61,818 bases of DNA from an uncultured Oscillospiraceae bacterium (GCA_964642795.1 CAZXRQ010000003.1:1-61818), one strand, 5' to 3'. Shown: positions 50,545 to 60,078, numbered from the stretch's first letter. Made by a program: numbers and translations. The notes: generated by a model not told the origin, from the sequence alone.

Positions 50545-52680
50545 ATGGGCACACCTGCGGTATCAAATAAAAAAAGGTTGCTCATCGCGCTTGCCGTTAT
50601 AACGGCAATATTCCTGCTGCTTATTGGCCGTACGTTCTACATACAGCTGATATGGGGCGACGAATTGGAGGAAATGGCGCTGTCCCAGTGGACTCAGGAT
50701 ACTACGCTTACCGCCAAGCGCGGAGATATAGTAGACCGTACCGGCGTGGTGCTGGCACAGAGCGGCACCGCATACAAGGTGCTGATATGGCCAAAGGTGA
50801 TAAACTCATCGCAGGAACGTATAAGGATAGCCACGGAGCTTTCCGAGCTGCTGGATATGGACTATGACTATGTACTGAGCAAGGTGAGCGACAATACCAA
50901 GGTGGAGATAGTGCTAAAGCGCGGCGTGGAACGCGATATGGTGGACGCCATAGAGGAGCTGAAGCTTGGCAAGGGTGTGGTCACGGCGGTGGACGTAAAG
51001 CGCTACTATTCATGCGGTAATCTGTTTTCACAGCTTTTGGGCTTTACTACGGTGGACGGTGTGGGGCAGAGCGGGCTGGAGCAAAGCTATAACAGCTATC
51101 TTGCAGGCAGGGACGGCCGCATGATTACCGAAACGGACGCGCGCGGCAATGCGCTGGCCTATGGCACTCAGGAGATAGTGGAGCCGGTGGACGGTTATGA
51201 GCTGGTGCTTACCACGGACAGCGTGCTGCAATCCTATCTCGAAAAGGCGCTCAAACAGGCGCTGGAGGTAAATGATGCGGTAAGCGCGCAGGGCATAATA
51301 ATGAACTGCAACACCGGCGAGATACTTGCGCTTTCCACCCAGCCGGATTACAATCCCAACTCTCCGCCGCGAGACGACCTTGCGCTGCTTGCTTCGCTTT
51401 CGAGAAACCGCGTGGTCACCGACGCATACGAGCCGGGCTCCACGTTCAAGGTGATAACACTGGCCGCGGCACTGGATTCCGGCACAGTTACCACGGATAC
51501 GACGTATGATTGCCCCGGCTATCATATAGTCAACGGCGAAAAGATACGCTGCTGGAAAACCGGCGGACATGGGCATCAGACGCTTACGCAGGCCGCAATG
51601 AATTCCTGCAACCGTGCGTTTATGCAGATGGCGCTGGATATGGAGACGGATACGTTTTACGATTATATCTGTGCGTTCGGCTTTGGCGTAAGCACGGGCA
51701 GCGGCGTGCCGGGCGAGGCGTCCGGCATAGTAACGCACGAGAAGTATGTAAACGAGAACACGCTTGCCCGCATAGGCTTTGGCCAGAGCATAGCCGTAAC
51801 GCCAATACAGCTTTGTACGGCGGTGTGTGCGGCGGTAAACGGCGGTGAGCTGATGCAGCCCTATGTTGTGGACAGGATAGTGGCGCAAAACGGCGACGTT
51901 ATACTGCAAAACGAGCCCACGGCGGTGCGGCGGGTGATCAGCGAGGAAACCTCGGCCACGGTGCGCAGCATACTGGAAAGCGTGGTAGCGGAGGGCAGCG
52001 GCAGAAATGCTGGCATAGTAGGCTACCGTGTGGGCGGCAAGACCGGCACCGCGCAGAAGTACTTAAACGGCGAAATAGCCGAGGGCAAGCTGATAGCCTC
52101 ATTTATTGGCTTTGCTCCGGCGGATGACCCGGAGTATGTGTGCTTGATACTTGTGGACGAACCCAACGTGGGGACGATATTCGGAAGCACCGTGGCGGCG
52201 CCGTTTGTAAAAACCGTACTCGAGGAGACGTTGCGTCACAACGATTATCTGCCCGAGGTCAGCGAGCCAAGCGTCACCGTACCGGATGTTACTGGTATGA
52301 GCGCTGCGGATGCCGCGGGTAAATTGGACGATTTGGGGCTTGACGCGACGTATCAGGAAGAAGATACTGTTATAGCGCAGATTCCCGCCGCAGGCGAGCA
52401 GGTAAGAAGTGGCAGCCAGGTGCTGCTGTATACCGAGGCTACTGGCGTGGAGAGCGTGCAGGAGGACGGTCCCGACGGCGGCTTGGTCACAGTGCCGGAT
52501 GTTATCGGTTTGACCCGGCTAAAGGCTAACGATCTGCTGGCGGAGTACGGCCTGCAAATACTTATAGACCCCGTCGACCAGCACGGCACGGCGATACGTC
52601 AGGTGCCGGTCGCAGGCAGCAGCGTACCGGAGGGTACGAAGGTGCTGGTGGAATTTTCAGACTTGGAAATGGGCGGTTGA
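50545..52680 (+). CDS. class B penicillin-binding protein (PBP2B/SpoVD/FtsI-type) with two PASTA domains
   Basis: Motifs STFK, SCN and KTGTA. Two C-terminal PASTA repeats (VTVPDVTG.., VTVPDVIG..). Confidence 0.92.
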   Translation: MGTPAVSNKKRLLIALAVITAIFLLLIGRTFYIQLIWGDELEEMALSQWTQDTTLTAKRGDIVDRTGVVLAQSGTAYKVLIWPKVINSSQERIRIATELSELLDMDYDYVLSKVSDNTKVEIVLKRGVERDMVDAIEELKLGKGVVTAVDVKRYYSCGNLFSQLLGFTTVDGVGQSGLEQSYNSYLAGRDGRMITETDARGNALAYGTQEIVEPVDGYELVLTTDSVLQSYLEKALKQALEVNDAVSAQGIIMNCNTGEILALSTQPDYNPNSPPRDDLALLASLSRNRVVTDAYEPGSTFKVITLAAALDSGTVTTDTTYDCPGYHIVNGEKIRCWKTGGHGHQTLTQAAMNSCNRAFMQMALDMETDTFYDYICAFGFGVSTGSGVPGEASGIVTHEKYVNENTLARIGFGQSIAVTPIQLCTAVCAAVNGGELMQPYVVDRIVAQNGDVILQNEPTAVRRVISEETSATVRSILESVVAEGSGRNAGIVGYRVGGKTGTAQKYLNGEIAEGKLIASFIGFAPADDPEYVCLILVDEPNVGTIFGSTVAAPFVKTVLEETLRHNDYLPEVSEPSVTVPDVTGMSAADAAGKLDDLGLDATYQEEDTVIAQIPAAGEQVRSGSQVLLYTEATGVESVQEDGPDGGLVTVPDVIGLTRLKANDLLAEYGLQILIDPVDQHGTAIRQVPVAGSSVPEGTKVLVEFSDLEMGG

Positions 52681-52699
52681 CGGGACGGAGGGGGAAACC

Positions 52700-54133
52700 A
52701 TGCTTTTATCGCAGCTTGCAAAGCCAACGGAGCACACCATGATAGGGGAGGACATACCCGTTGGCGAGTTGCAGTACAATTCAAAGAAGATCAATCCGGG
52801 CGACGTGTTCTGCTGTATAGTGGGTACGTTCGCGGACGGTCACGCATTCGCAAGACAGGCGCTGGATGCAGGCGCCGCAGCGCTGATAGTGGAGCGCCGG
52901 CTGCCGCTGGATGTACCGCAGATTTTGGTTAAGAATACTCGCATCGCAATGGCGGAGATGGCAGCGGCACGCTACGGCAACCCGGCAGACGAGCTTACCA
53001 TAGTGGGCGTCACGGGTACAAACGGCAAGACCAGCACCACCTATATGCTCAAGGCAATAGCCGAGAGCATGGGAAAAAAGGTTGGAATAATCGGAACCAT
53101 ACGCAATATGATAGGCGACACCGTTATTGATACAGAGCGTACCACGCCGGAGAGTCTGGATCTGCAGAGAATACTGCGCCAAATGAAGGATGAGGGCGTG
53201 GGACTTGTGGCAATGGAGGTATCCTCGCACTCGCTGGATCAAAACCGTGTGTACGGTATACGCTTTGACATAGGGCTGTTTACCAACATTACGCAGGACC
53301 ATTTGGACTACCACAAGACCTTCGGCAACTATGTGGCGGCAAAGAAGCGCCTGTTCTCGCAATGCGATTACGCGGTGGTCAATGCGGACGATCCGTATTC
53401 TGCAAAGATGCTGGAAGGTACAGGGCTGGAGTATACCACCTTCGGCATACGCGAGAGTGCCGACGTATCCGCAACCGAGATCGATATTACCACCCGCGGA
53501 GTGCAGTTTGAGCTGCATACGCCCGCCGGGAACGAAATGATATTTGTGCCCACGCCGGGGCTGTTCAGCGTATTCAACGCCATGGGGACGGCGGCGGCGG
53601 CGCAGAAGCTGGGCTATCCGCTGGATGCGATAAAACGCGGCCTTGAGGGTATGGCGAGCGTTTCCGGCAGACTGGAGCCGCTCCCGACGGGTGGCAGGGA
53701 TTTTTCGGTACTGTTGGATTATGCGCATACGCCGGACGCGCTTGAGAACATACTTAAAACGGTGCGAGGCTTTGCAAAGGGGCGGATAGTGACGCTGTTT
53801 GGCTGCGGCGGGGACCGCGACCATGCAAAACGCCCCATAATGGGGGAGATAGCCGGGCGGTTTTCGGATTATCTGGTGGTCACCAGCGACAATCCGCGCA
53901 GCGAGGAACCGATGGCGATAATCGAATCCGTGCTGGAGGGTGTGAAAAAGTCCGGGTGCGAATACGCAGTTATAGAAAACCGGCGCAGCGCCATAGAGTA
54001 CGCTTTGAACAACGCACAGCCAAACGACGTGATAATACTGGCCGGCAAGGGGCATGAGAATTATCAGGAAATAAACGGCGGCAAACGTCACTTTGACGAA
54101 AAAGAAATTGTAGCCGAGCTGCTCGGCTGCTGA
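52700..54133 (+). CDS. murE: UDP-MurNAc-L-Ala-D-Glu:meso-diaminopimelate ligase
   Basis: GVTGTNGKTS motif. The DNPR motif indicates meso-DAP specificity. Confidence 0.93.
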   Translation: MLLSQLAKPTEHTMIGEDIPVGELQYNSKKINPGDVFCCIVGTFADGHAFARQALDAGAAALIVERRLPLDVPQILVKNTRIAMAEMAAARYGNPADELTIVGVTGTNGKTSTTYMLKAIAESMGKKVGIIGTIRNMIGDTVIDTERTTPESLDLQRILRQMKDEGVGLVAMEVSSHSLDQNRVYGIRFDIGLFTNITQDHLDYHKTFGNYVAAKKRLFSQCDYAVVNADDPYSAKMLEGTGLEYTTFGIRESADVSATEIDITTRGVQFELHTPAGNEMIFVPTPGLFSVFNAMGTAAAAQKLGYPLDAIKRGLEGMASVSGRLEPLPTGGRDFSVLLDYAHTPDALENILKTVRGFAKGRIVTLFGCGGDRDHAKRPIMGEIAGRFSDYLVVTSDNPRSEEPMAIIESVLEGVKKSGCEYAVIENRRSAIEYALNNAQPNDVIILAGKGHENYQEINGGKRHFDEKEIVAELLGC

Positions 54134-54151
54134 GTATCGGGAGGAGGCAAT

Positions 54152-55168
54152 ATGCAAAAGCTGATATATGCGCTGCTGTTAGCGGCGGCCATATGCGTCG
54201 TATTGGGCCCCATACTGATACCGATGCTGAAAAAACTTAAATTCGGGCAGACGGAACGTGACGACGGCCCGCAGTCGCATTTGAAGAAAACCGGCACCCC
54301 TACGATGGGCGGCATAATGATGGTAGTTGCGGTGATCGCGGGTACGCTGACGTTTGCACTGGGCGCAACGGAGCTGGTGTTTCCGGCGCTGCTGATAACC
54401 ACCGGCTTCGCGCTGGTTGGATTTTTGGATGATTTTCTCAAGGTGCGGCGCAAAAACACCGTGGGATTGCGCGCCTACCAAAAGATAATTGCGCAGCTGG
54501 CGCTGGGGCTGATAGTGGCGCTGTATGCCTACAACAGCCCGTACATAGGCAGCCGTATATACCTCGCGTTTTTCGACGCAGAGGTTGAGCTTGGCAAGCT
54601 TTACATCCCGTTCATCGTGTTTGTGGTGGTCGCTATGGTAAACAGCGTAAACCTTACGGACGGGCTGGATGGGCTTGCCGCCGGGACAAGCATGATATGC
54701 GCTATGACCATGGCGATAGTATTCGCTTACATGGCACGCGCGGCGCTTACGCCGGCAGACCCCGCGGACGCGAGGCTTACCCAATATGCCGCGGAGCTGG
54801 AATCCATGGCTATATTTGCGGCTGCGTTGGCGGGCGCCTGTTTGGGTTTTTTGCGCTTCAACGCATATCCGGCGCGGGTATTCATGGGGGATACGGGTTC
54901 GCTGGCATTGGGCGGGGCGCTCGCTATGCTCAGCATTACCTCGCGTGCAGTGCTGCTTTTGCCTGTGATGGGCGCGTGCTTCGTGGCCTCCAGCATATCC
55001 GTGATACTGCAGGTGGGTTCCTATAAGCTTAGAAAAAAACGCATATTCCGCATGGCTCCGCTGCACCATCACTTTGAGCTTTTGGGGTATTCGGAAACGC
55101 GCATAGTTGCGATGTATATGATAATCACAACGGCGTTGTGCCTTGTGTGCCTGTTGGCATACGTTTGA
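54152..55168 (+). CDS. mraY: phospho-N-acetylmuramoyl-pentapeptide transferase
   Basis: Motifs KKTGTPTMGG, NLTDGLDGLA and MGDTGSLALGG. Confidence 0.95.
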   Translation: MQKLIYALLLAAAICVVLGPILIPMLKKLKFGQTERDDGPQSHLKKTGTPTMGGIMMVVAVIAGTLTFALGATELVFPALLITTGFALVGFLDDFLKVRRKNTVGLRAYQKIIAQLALGLIVALYAYNSPYIGSRIYLAFFDAEVELGKLYIPFIVFVVVAMVNSVNLTDGLDGLAAGTSMICAMTMAIVFAYMARAALTPADPADARLTQYAAELESMAIFAAALAGACLGFLRFNAYPARVFMGDTGSLALGGALAMLSITSRAVLLLPVMGACFVASSISVILQVGSYKLRKKRIFRMAPLHHHFELLGYSETRIVAMYMIITTALCLVCLLAYV

Positions 55169-55181
55169 TTTAGATAAGTTT

Positions 55182-55306
55182 GCCGCCCGATGGCGACCGG
55201 CAGCCGTGATTCTTTGGCGCTTGGCACGGCGTTGGGCTCCTTGGTGTTTGAGACAGAGCGCGGCTCTGTTGTCTCAAGCATCTTGGCACATCGGGCGGCT
55301 TTTTTT
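55182..55306 (+). terminator. branched RNA structure closed by an 11-bp helix plus U7 (internal attenuator candidate)
   Basis: GCCGCCCGATG (55182-92) pairs with CATCGGGCGGC (55289-99) and is followed by T7. Two inner hairpins lie at 55203-55230 and 55250-55275. Confidence 0.5.
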
Positions 55307-55346
55307 CGCACTGTAGGGTGAAATGCCCTTAATGGAGGATAACGGT

Positions 55347-56708
55347 ATGGAACGGAAGAAGACTGCGCTTATCGTAGGCATGGCAAAAAGCGGTATAGCC
55401 AGCGCAAGGCTGCTGTACGCCAACGGCTGGCGTGTGATAATTAACGATATGAAACGGGAGATACCCGGTCTATACGAGGCGCTGGACGGCATAGAGTATA
55501 CAGACGCTTTGGGCGCAGCACCTGAAACGCTGCTTGACGGGGTGCAGCTTATGGTGCTTAGTCCCGTGATACCAATATTTGCGCCCTTTGCAAAAGAAGC
55601 GGCGGCGAAAGGCATAGAGGTCATAGGCGAGATAGAGCTGGGCTGGCGGTATTGCGACCGGGATGCGAAATTTGTGTGCGTAAGCGGCACAAACGGTAAG
55701 ACCACTACTACGGCGCTTACCGGGGAGCTGTTCAAATGCGCGGGCAGACACACATATGTGCTGGGCAATATAGGTGTGCCGATAAGCGAATATGCACCCA
55801 AGGTCAAGGCGGGCGATTTCGTGGTGGCGGAGGTGGCGGCGCTCCAGCTTGAAAGCATAAAGCATTTTCGAGCGAATGCGGCGGGTATGCTGAACATAAG
55901 CGAGGATCATCTCAACCGCTTTGAGTATAGGATGGAAAACTATGTTGCCGCGAAATGCCGTATATTCGAAAACCAGACCGGGGCGGATTTTGCCGTGCTG
56001 AACTATGACGATCCGGTGGTCAGGGATATGGCTAAGCTGACGGGGGCAAGGATAGTGTACTTTTCACAGACACAGCAGCTGGACGAGGGCATGTTCCTGC
56101 GCGACGGCCGCTTCATTTGGCGCATGGACGGTACGGAAACGCTGCTTATACGGGCGGAGGAGCTTATAATACCAGGCGCGCATAACGTGCAGAACGCGCT
56201 GTGCGCTTCATCGCTTGCAATGTGCATGGGACTGGAGCCGGAGGCGGTCTGCGAGGGCCTCAGGAGCTTTCGCGGCGTAGAGCACCGCATAGAGTTTGTG
56301 CGAGAGAAGGATGGTATTGCCTACATAAACGATTCCAAGGGCACCAACCCGGATTCCACCATAAAGGCGGTGCAGGCTATGAGCCGCCCCACGGTGCTGC
56401 TGCTGGGCGTGGGAAACTACGATAAAAAAAGCGACTTTACGCCTTTATTCGAGGCGTTTGACGGAAAAATCACCGGCGTGATCGCGTCGGGCTGCAACGT
56501 GCCGGCGATACTGCGCGCGGCGGAAAAGACGGGTTATACCAACATCCGGGTAGAAGACGGCGGCCTGGAGCGGATGGTAGAGCTTGCAACGTCCATTGCG
56601 GAGCCGGGCGGGGCCGTGCTGCTTTCTCCGGCGGCCGCGAGCTGGGGCCAGTTTGAGGACTACGAGCAGCGCGGGAGAGTATTTAAGGACATAGTAAACG
56701 GATTATAG
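55347..56708 (+). CDS. murD: UDP-MurNAc-L-Ala:D-Glu ligase
   Basis: Motifs GMAKSGIA and VSGTNGKTTT. RBS GGAGGA. Confidence 0.93.
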   Translation: MERKKTALIVGMAKSGIASARLLYANGWRVIINDMKREIPGLYEALDGIEYTDALGAAPETLLDGVQLMVLSPVIPIFAPFAKEAAAKGIEVIGEIELGWRYCDRDAKFVCVSGTNGKTTTTALTGELFKCAGRHTYVLGNIGVPISEYAPKVKAGDFVVAEVAALQLESIKHFRANAAGMLNISEDHLNRFEYRMENYVAAKCRIFENQTGADFAVLNYDDPVVRDMAKLTGARIVYFSQTQQLDEGMFLRDGRFIWRMDGTETLLIRAEELIIPGAHNVQNALCASSLAMCMGLEPEAVCEGLRSFRGVEHRIEFVREKDGIAYINDSKGTNPDSTIKAVQAMSRPTVLLLGVGNYDKKSDFTPLFEAFDGKITGVIASGCNVPAILRAAEKTGYTNIRVEDGGLERMVELATSIAEPGGAVLLSPAAASWGQFEDYEQRGRVFKDIVNGL

Positions 56709-56715
56709 GAGGACG

Positions 56716-57834
56716 ATGGAAAGGTCGCTTGTAAGAAAATCGCTCAGGGCGGGGCAGATGGACTTTCCGCTGTTTGTAACAGTGGTGGTTTTGTGCGCCT
56801 TTGGCTTGGTTATGCTGTTTTCCGCAAGCTACTATTATGCGTTTTATCGCAAGGCGGACGGTCTGTACTATGTGAAGGATCAGGCCCTGTACATGGGTGT
56901 AGGACTGGCGGCGCTGCTTTTGATCAGCCGCATAAACTACCATTTTTGGGAAAAGCTGCGCGTTTGGGGACTGCTGCTGACCCTTGCAATGATGGCGGCG
57001 GCACTGATACAGGGCGGCTCAATCAACAGTGCCTCGCGCTGGCTTGATTTGGGAGTTTTCAGTTTTCAGCCTTCGGAATTTGCTAAATTTGCGCTGGTGC
57101 TGTACATGGCGTCCTTTATGGCAAAGCGCCCGCAGAGCATGAAAAACTTTGTTTACGGCATAGTGCCGATGCTGATAATCATGGCTGTGCTCGGGGTGTT
57201 TTTACTTATGCAGCGCAATATGTCCATGATGGTGATAGTGTTTATGACCGGCATGATAATGCTGTATCTAGGCGGTGCGGATATGAAGCACCTGCTGCTT
57301 ATGGCAGCCGTGACGATACCCATACTTATACTTATCGCCAAGGCCGAGACCTACCGTTGGGAGCGCATATTGATGTTCATGGATCCGTTCTCCAGTGATA
57401 TAGAGGGCGCATACCAGCTAAGGCAGGCGTTGTATGCGCTGGGCTCGGGCGGACTGTTTGGCAAGGGGCTGAACTTCAGCACTCAAAAGCTGCTGTTTCT
57501 GCCATTGGGCGAAAGCGATATGATCTATGCCATCATTGGTGAGGAGCTGGGCTTCGTGGGCTGCACGGCGCTGATATGCGCATACATCTTCGTTGTGTAT
57601 CGCGGCATACGCATCGCCATAAAGTGCAAGGACAGATTTGGCAGCCTGCTCGCAGCGGGGATCACCTGCGTGCTGGGGGTACAGGCGGCCGTAAACATAG
57701 CAGTAGCCACCAGCAGCGTGCCTCCTACGGGGCAGACCTTGCCGTTTGTAAGCCTGGGCGGTACGTCGCTCATGATATTTTTGAGTGCAATGGGCATTTT
57801 GCTCAGCATTTCGCGGGATGTGGAAATAGAGTAG
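56716..57834 (+). CDS. ftsW: SEDS-family peptidoglycan polymerase FtsW/SpoVE
   Basis: Ten-TM SEDS architecture. Motifs FQPSEFAK and PPTGQTLPFVSLGGTS. Confidence 0.9.
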   Translation: MERSLVRKSLRAGQMDFPLFVTVVVLCAFGLVMLFSASYYYAFYRKADGLYYVKDQALYMGVGLAALLLISRINYHFWEKLRVWGLLLTLAMMAAALIQGGSINSASRWLDLGVFSFQPSEFAKFALVLYMASFMAKRPQSMKNFVYGIVPMLIIMAVLGVFLLMQRNMSMMVIVFMTGMIMLYLGGADMKHLLLMAAVTIPILILIAKAETYRWERILMFMDPFSSDIEGAYQLRQALYALGSGGLFGKGLNFSTQKLLFLPLGESDMIYAIIGEELGFVGCTALICAYIFVVYRGIRIAIKCKDRFGSLLAAGITCVLGVQAAVNIAVATSSVPPTGQTLPFVSLGGTSLMIFLSAMGILLSISRDVEIE

Positions 57835-57846
57835 AACCCGTTATCG

Positions 57847-57895
57847 TTCCCCTGCATATGATAAAAAGGTAAAGCGAACGCATATGCGGGAGGAG
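57847..57895 (+). promoter_or_regulatory. hairpin sequestering the murA Shine-Dalgarno
   Basis: TTCCCCTGCATATG pairs with CATATGCGGG(A)GGAG, giving 14 pairs with 1 bulge. The SD GGGAGGAG (57888-95) lies in the 3' arm. Confidence 0.5.
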
Positions 57896-57901
57896 CGGTA
57901 G

Positions 57902-59161
57902 ATGACAAGGCTTATCGTGGAGGGCGGGCGCCGGCTTTGCGGCAGCGCACGCATACCGGGCGCAAAAAATGCCGCGCTGCCAATACTGGCGGCGTCGCTC
58001 ATCGTTGAGCGGGGAGTGGAGCTTTCGGACTGCCCGGATATCGTGGACGTTGACAATATGCTTGCAATACTCAGGTCGCTTGGCGTGATATCGGTTTGGA
58101 AGGATGGCGTGCTGGAGTTGGATAGCTCCTGCGCGGACAGCAGCGTGATGCCGCAGGATATTTCCAAGGCGCTGCGCTCGTCCATATTCATGCTGGGGCC
58201 GCTGCTGAAGCGCTTTGGCGGCGCGGTATGCACATATCCAGGCGGCTGCGAGATAGGGCACCGCCCAATCGATCTGCATTTGCGCGGCCTTTCCATGCTG
58301 GGCGTGGACATACGCGAGGAGCACGGCAGGATAATCTGCGACGGCTCGAGTATGCGCGGGGCGGAGATACATTTGGACTATCCCAGCGTTGGCGCTACCG
58401 AAAATATAATGATGGCCGCACTGGGAGCGCAGGGGGATACGACCATACATAATGCCGCGCGTGAGCCGGAGATAGAGGATCTGCAAAGCTTTTTGCGATG
58501 CGCCGGCTATGATATCGAAGGCGCCGGCACGTCCAACATATACGTCTGCGGCGGAGGCGGAGGCCAAAAGACCGTATATCGCATAATGCCGGACAGGATA
58601 GTTGCGGGTACGCTGCTGTGCGCGGCCGCGATTACCGGAGGGGATATAACGCTGACCAATGCTGCGCCGCACAACATGGGCAGCATGATAGCAAAGCTGC
58701 GCGAGACCGGCTGCCAAATATGCAATGGCGACGGCTACGTATCCATCTCCGCACCGGAAAGACCCGGCGAGATAAAGCTGATAGAGACCCTGCCTTATCC
58801 GGGCTTTCCGACTGATATGCAGGCGCAATTTTTCGCACTGTGTACGGTGGCCGACGGGACCAGCGTTGTGGTGGAAAACGTATTTGAGAACCGCTTTAAG
58901 CATGCTGCGGAGCTTGCGAGGATGGGCGCCGTCTACATGCAGAAGGACAGAACCACGGTAATACGCGGCGTGCGGCAGCTTACTGGCGCTGTAGTTACAG
59001 CCCGCGATCTGCGGGGAGGGGCTGCATTGACGCTTGCGGGGCTGAGAGCAAACGGCGAAACCACCGTGCTGGGTGCGGAACTGATAGACCGGGGCTATGA
59101 ACGCCTTGATGATATGCTTAACGGATTAGGTGCACGGATAAGACGTGAGGAGGAAAACTGA
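57902..59161 (+). CDS. murA: UDP-N-acetylglucosamine 1-carboxyvinyltransferase
   Basis: Motifs GAKNAALPIL and PGGCEIGHRPIDLH (active-site Cys). Product of 419 aa. Confidence 0.93.
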   Translation: MTRLIVEGGRRLCGSARIPGAKNAALPILAASLIVERGVELSDCPDIVDVDNMLAILRSLGVISVWKDGVLELDSSCADSSVMPQDISKALRSSIFMLGPLLKRFGGAVCTYPGGCEIGHRPIDLHLRGLSMLGVDIREEHGRIICDGSSMRGAEIHLDYPSVGATENIMMAALGAQGDTTIHNAAREPEIEDLQSFLRCAGYDIEGAGTSNIYVCGGGGGQKTVYRIMPDRIVAGTLLCAAAITGGDITLTNAAPHNMGSMIAKLRETGCQICNGDGYVSISAPERPGEIKLIETLPYPGFPTDMQAQFFALCTVADGTSVVVENVFENRFKHAAELARMGAVYMQKDRTTVIRGVRQLTGAVVTARDLRGGAALTLAGLRANGETTVLGAELIDRGYERLDDMLNGLGARIRREEEN

Positions 59162-59164
59162 GCT

Positions 59165-60034
59165 TTGGCTGATACCGGGGCAAAAAGCGCAAAGAAGGCG
59201 GCAAAAAAACGCCGCCGAAACACAAGAAAAAGCAGAATGCGCCGCGCGCTTGGCACGGTAATACTGCTTATGCTGCTTGCCGCCGCGGTCACGCTTGCCT
59301 ACTTTGTGCTTAAGGTTGACAACGTGATAGTTACTGGGAACACCACCCTAACAACCGAGCATGTGCTGGAAACAGCGGATATACAACGCGGCACGCACAT
59401 GTGGCTTATTGACGTGCGTGGGGCAAAGGCCGCACTCACGGCGGACCCATACATCAAGCGCGCAGATATCGAGCGCATATACCCAAGCGCTGTACGCATC
59501 AGCATAGTGGAGCGCGAAAGAGCCGCTGTAATAATCGGTATGAACGTTATAGCCTTGGTGGATGATGAGGGATATGTGCTGGAGATAGACCCGGCAGGCG
59601 ATACCGCGGGGCTGCTTCGCGTTATGGGCGTAGGCTCCATGGGTTTCAGCGTGGGGCAGATGCTGGGCGAGCAGACTGACTTCAACTCCCGCGCAATGGT
59701 AACGATAATTCAGGCGCTAAGCCGCCACGACATGCTGCAAACGATAGACACCGTGGATATATCCAACCCGCTCAGTATGTATATGCGGACTGATTCCGGC
59801 TTTACAGTGCAGCTGGGACAGTCCGAGGATTTGGATGACAAGCTGGATAAGCTTGCCATAGTGCTGGACGAGCTGGAGGCTATGGGGCTGGAGGGCGGTG
59901 TGATAAACCTAAGCGCAAAGGGCGACCCTACATACTCTCCGCAGGATGCTGCCGCGGCGACGGGTACGGATGTTCCCACAAATACCGACATTTCTACTGA
60001 TACGGATGTTTCCACCGGAACAGATCTGCCATAG
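59165..60034 (+). CDS. ftsQ: FtsQ/DivIB-type cell division protein (POTRA)
   Basis: Basic N-terminus, TM helix, then a POTRA-like VIVTGNTTLTTEHVL segment. The start is uncertain (TTG 59165 or ATG 59237). Confidence 0.8.
   Translation: MADTGAKSAKKAAKKRRRNTRKSRMRRALGTVILLMLLAAAVTLAYFVLKVDNVIVTGNTTLTTEHVLETADIQRGTHMWLIDVRGAKAALTADPYIKRADIERIYPSAVRISIVERERAAVIIGMNVIALVDDEGYVLEIDPAGDTAGLLRVMGVGSMGFSVGQMLGEQTDFNSRAMVTIIQALSRHDMLQTIDTVDISNPLSMYMRTDSGFTVQLGQSEDLDDKLDKLAIVLDELEAMGLEGGVINLSAKGDPTYSPQDAAAATGTDVPTNTDISTDTDVSTGTDLP
59966..60031 (+). repeat. imperfect 18-nt tandem repeat (3.7 copies) encoding TD(V/I)(P/S)T(N/D/G)
   Basis: ACGGATGTTCCCACAAAT / ACCGACATTTCTACTGAT / ACGGATGTTTCCACCGGA / ACAGATCTGCCA. 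Confidence 0.8.
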
Positions 60035-60069
60035 CCGCATACTATATATTTGTTTAGCGGGACGCACAA

Positions 60070-60078
60070 TGCTATAAT
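60070..60078 (+). promoter_or_regulatory. extended -10 element upstream of the ptb-like gene
   Basis: TGcTATAAT, with TTGTTT 17 nt upstream. It overlaps the inverted repeat ATGCTAT/ATAGCAT. Confidence 0.45.

Noticed and set aside
55219-55237. A sigma-54-like -24 element, CTTGGCACG, present twice in the spacer.
   Set aside because: The required -12 TTGC(A/T) at the correct spacing is missing: TGGGC or TTGG is found one position off. No enhancer-binding protein gene is nearby.
55190-55321. A 43-codon ORF (MATGSRDSLALGTALGSLVFETERGS...) inside the mraY-murD spacer.
   Set aside because: It has no SD. Its Leu codons are mostly TTG, unlike the CTG-dominated usage I saw in neighbouring genes. The sequence is better explained by the nested RNA helices.
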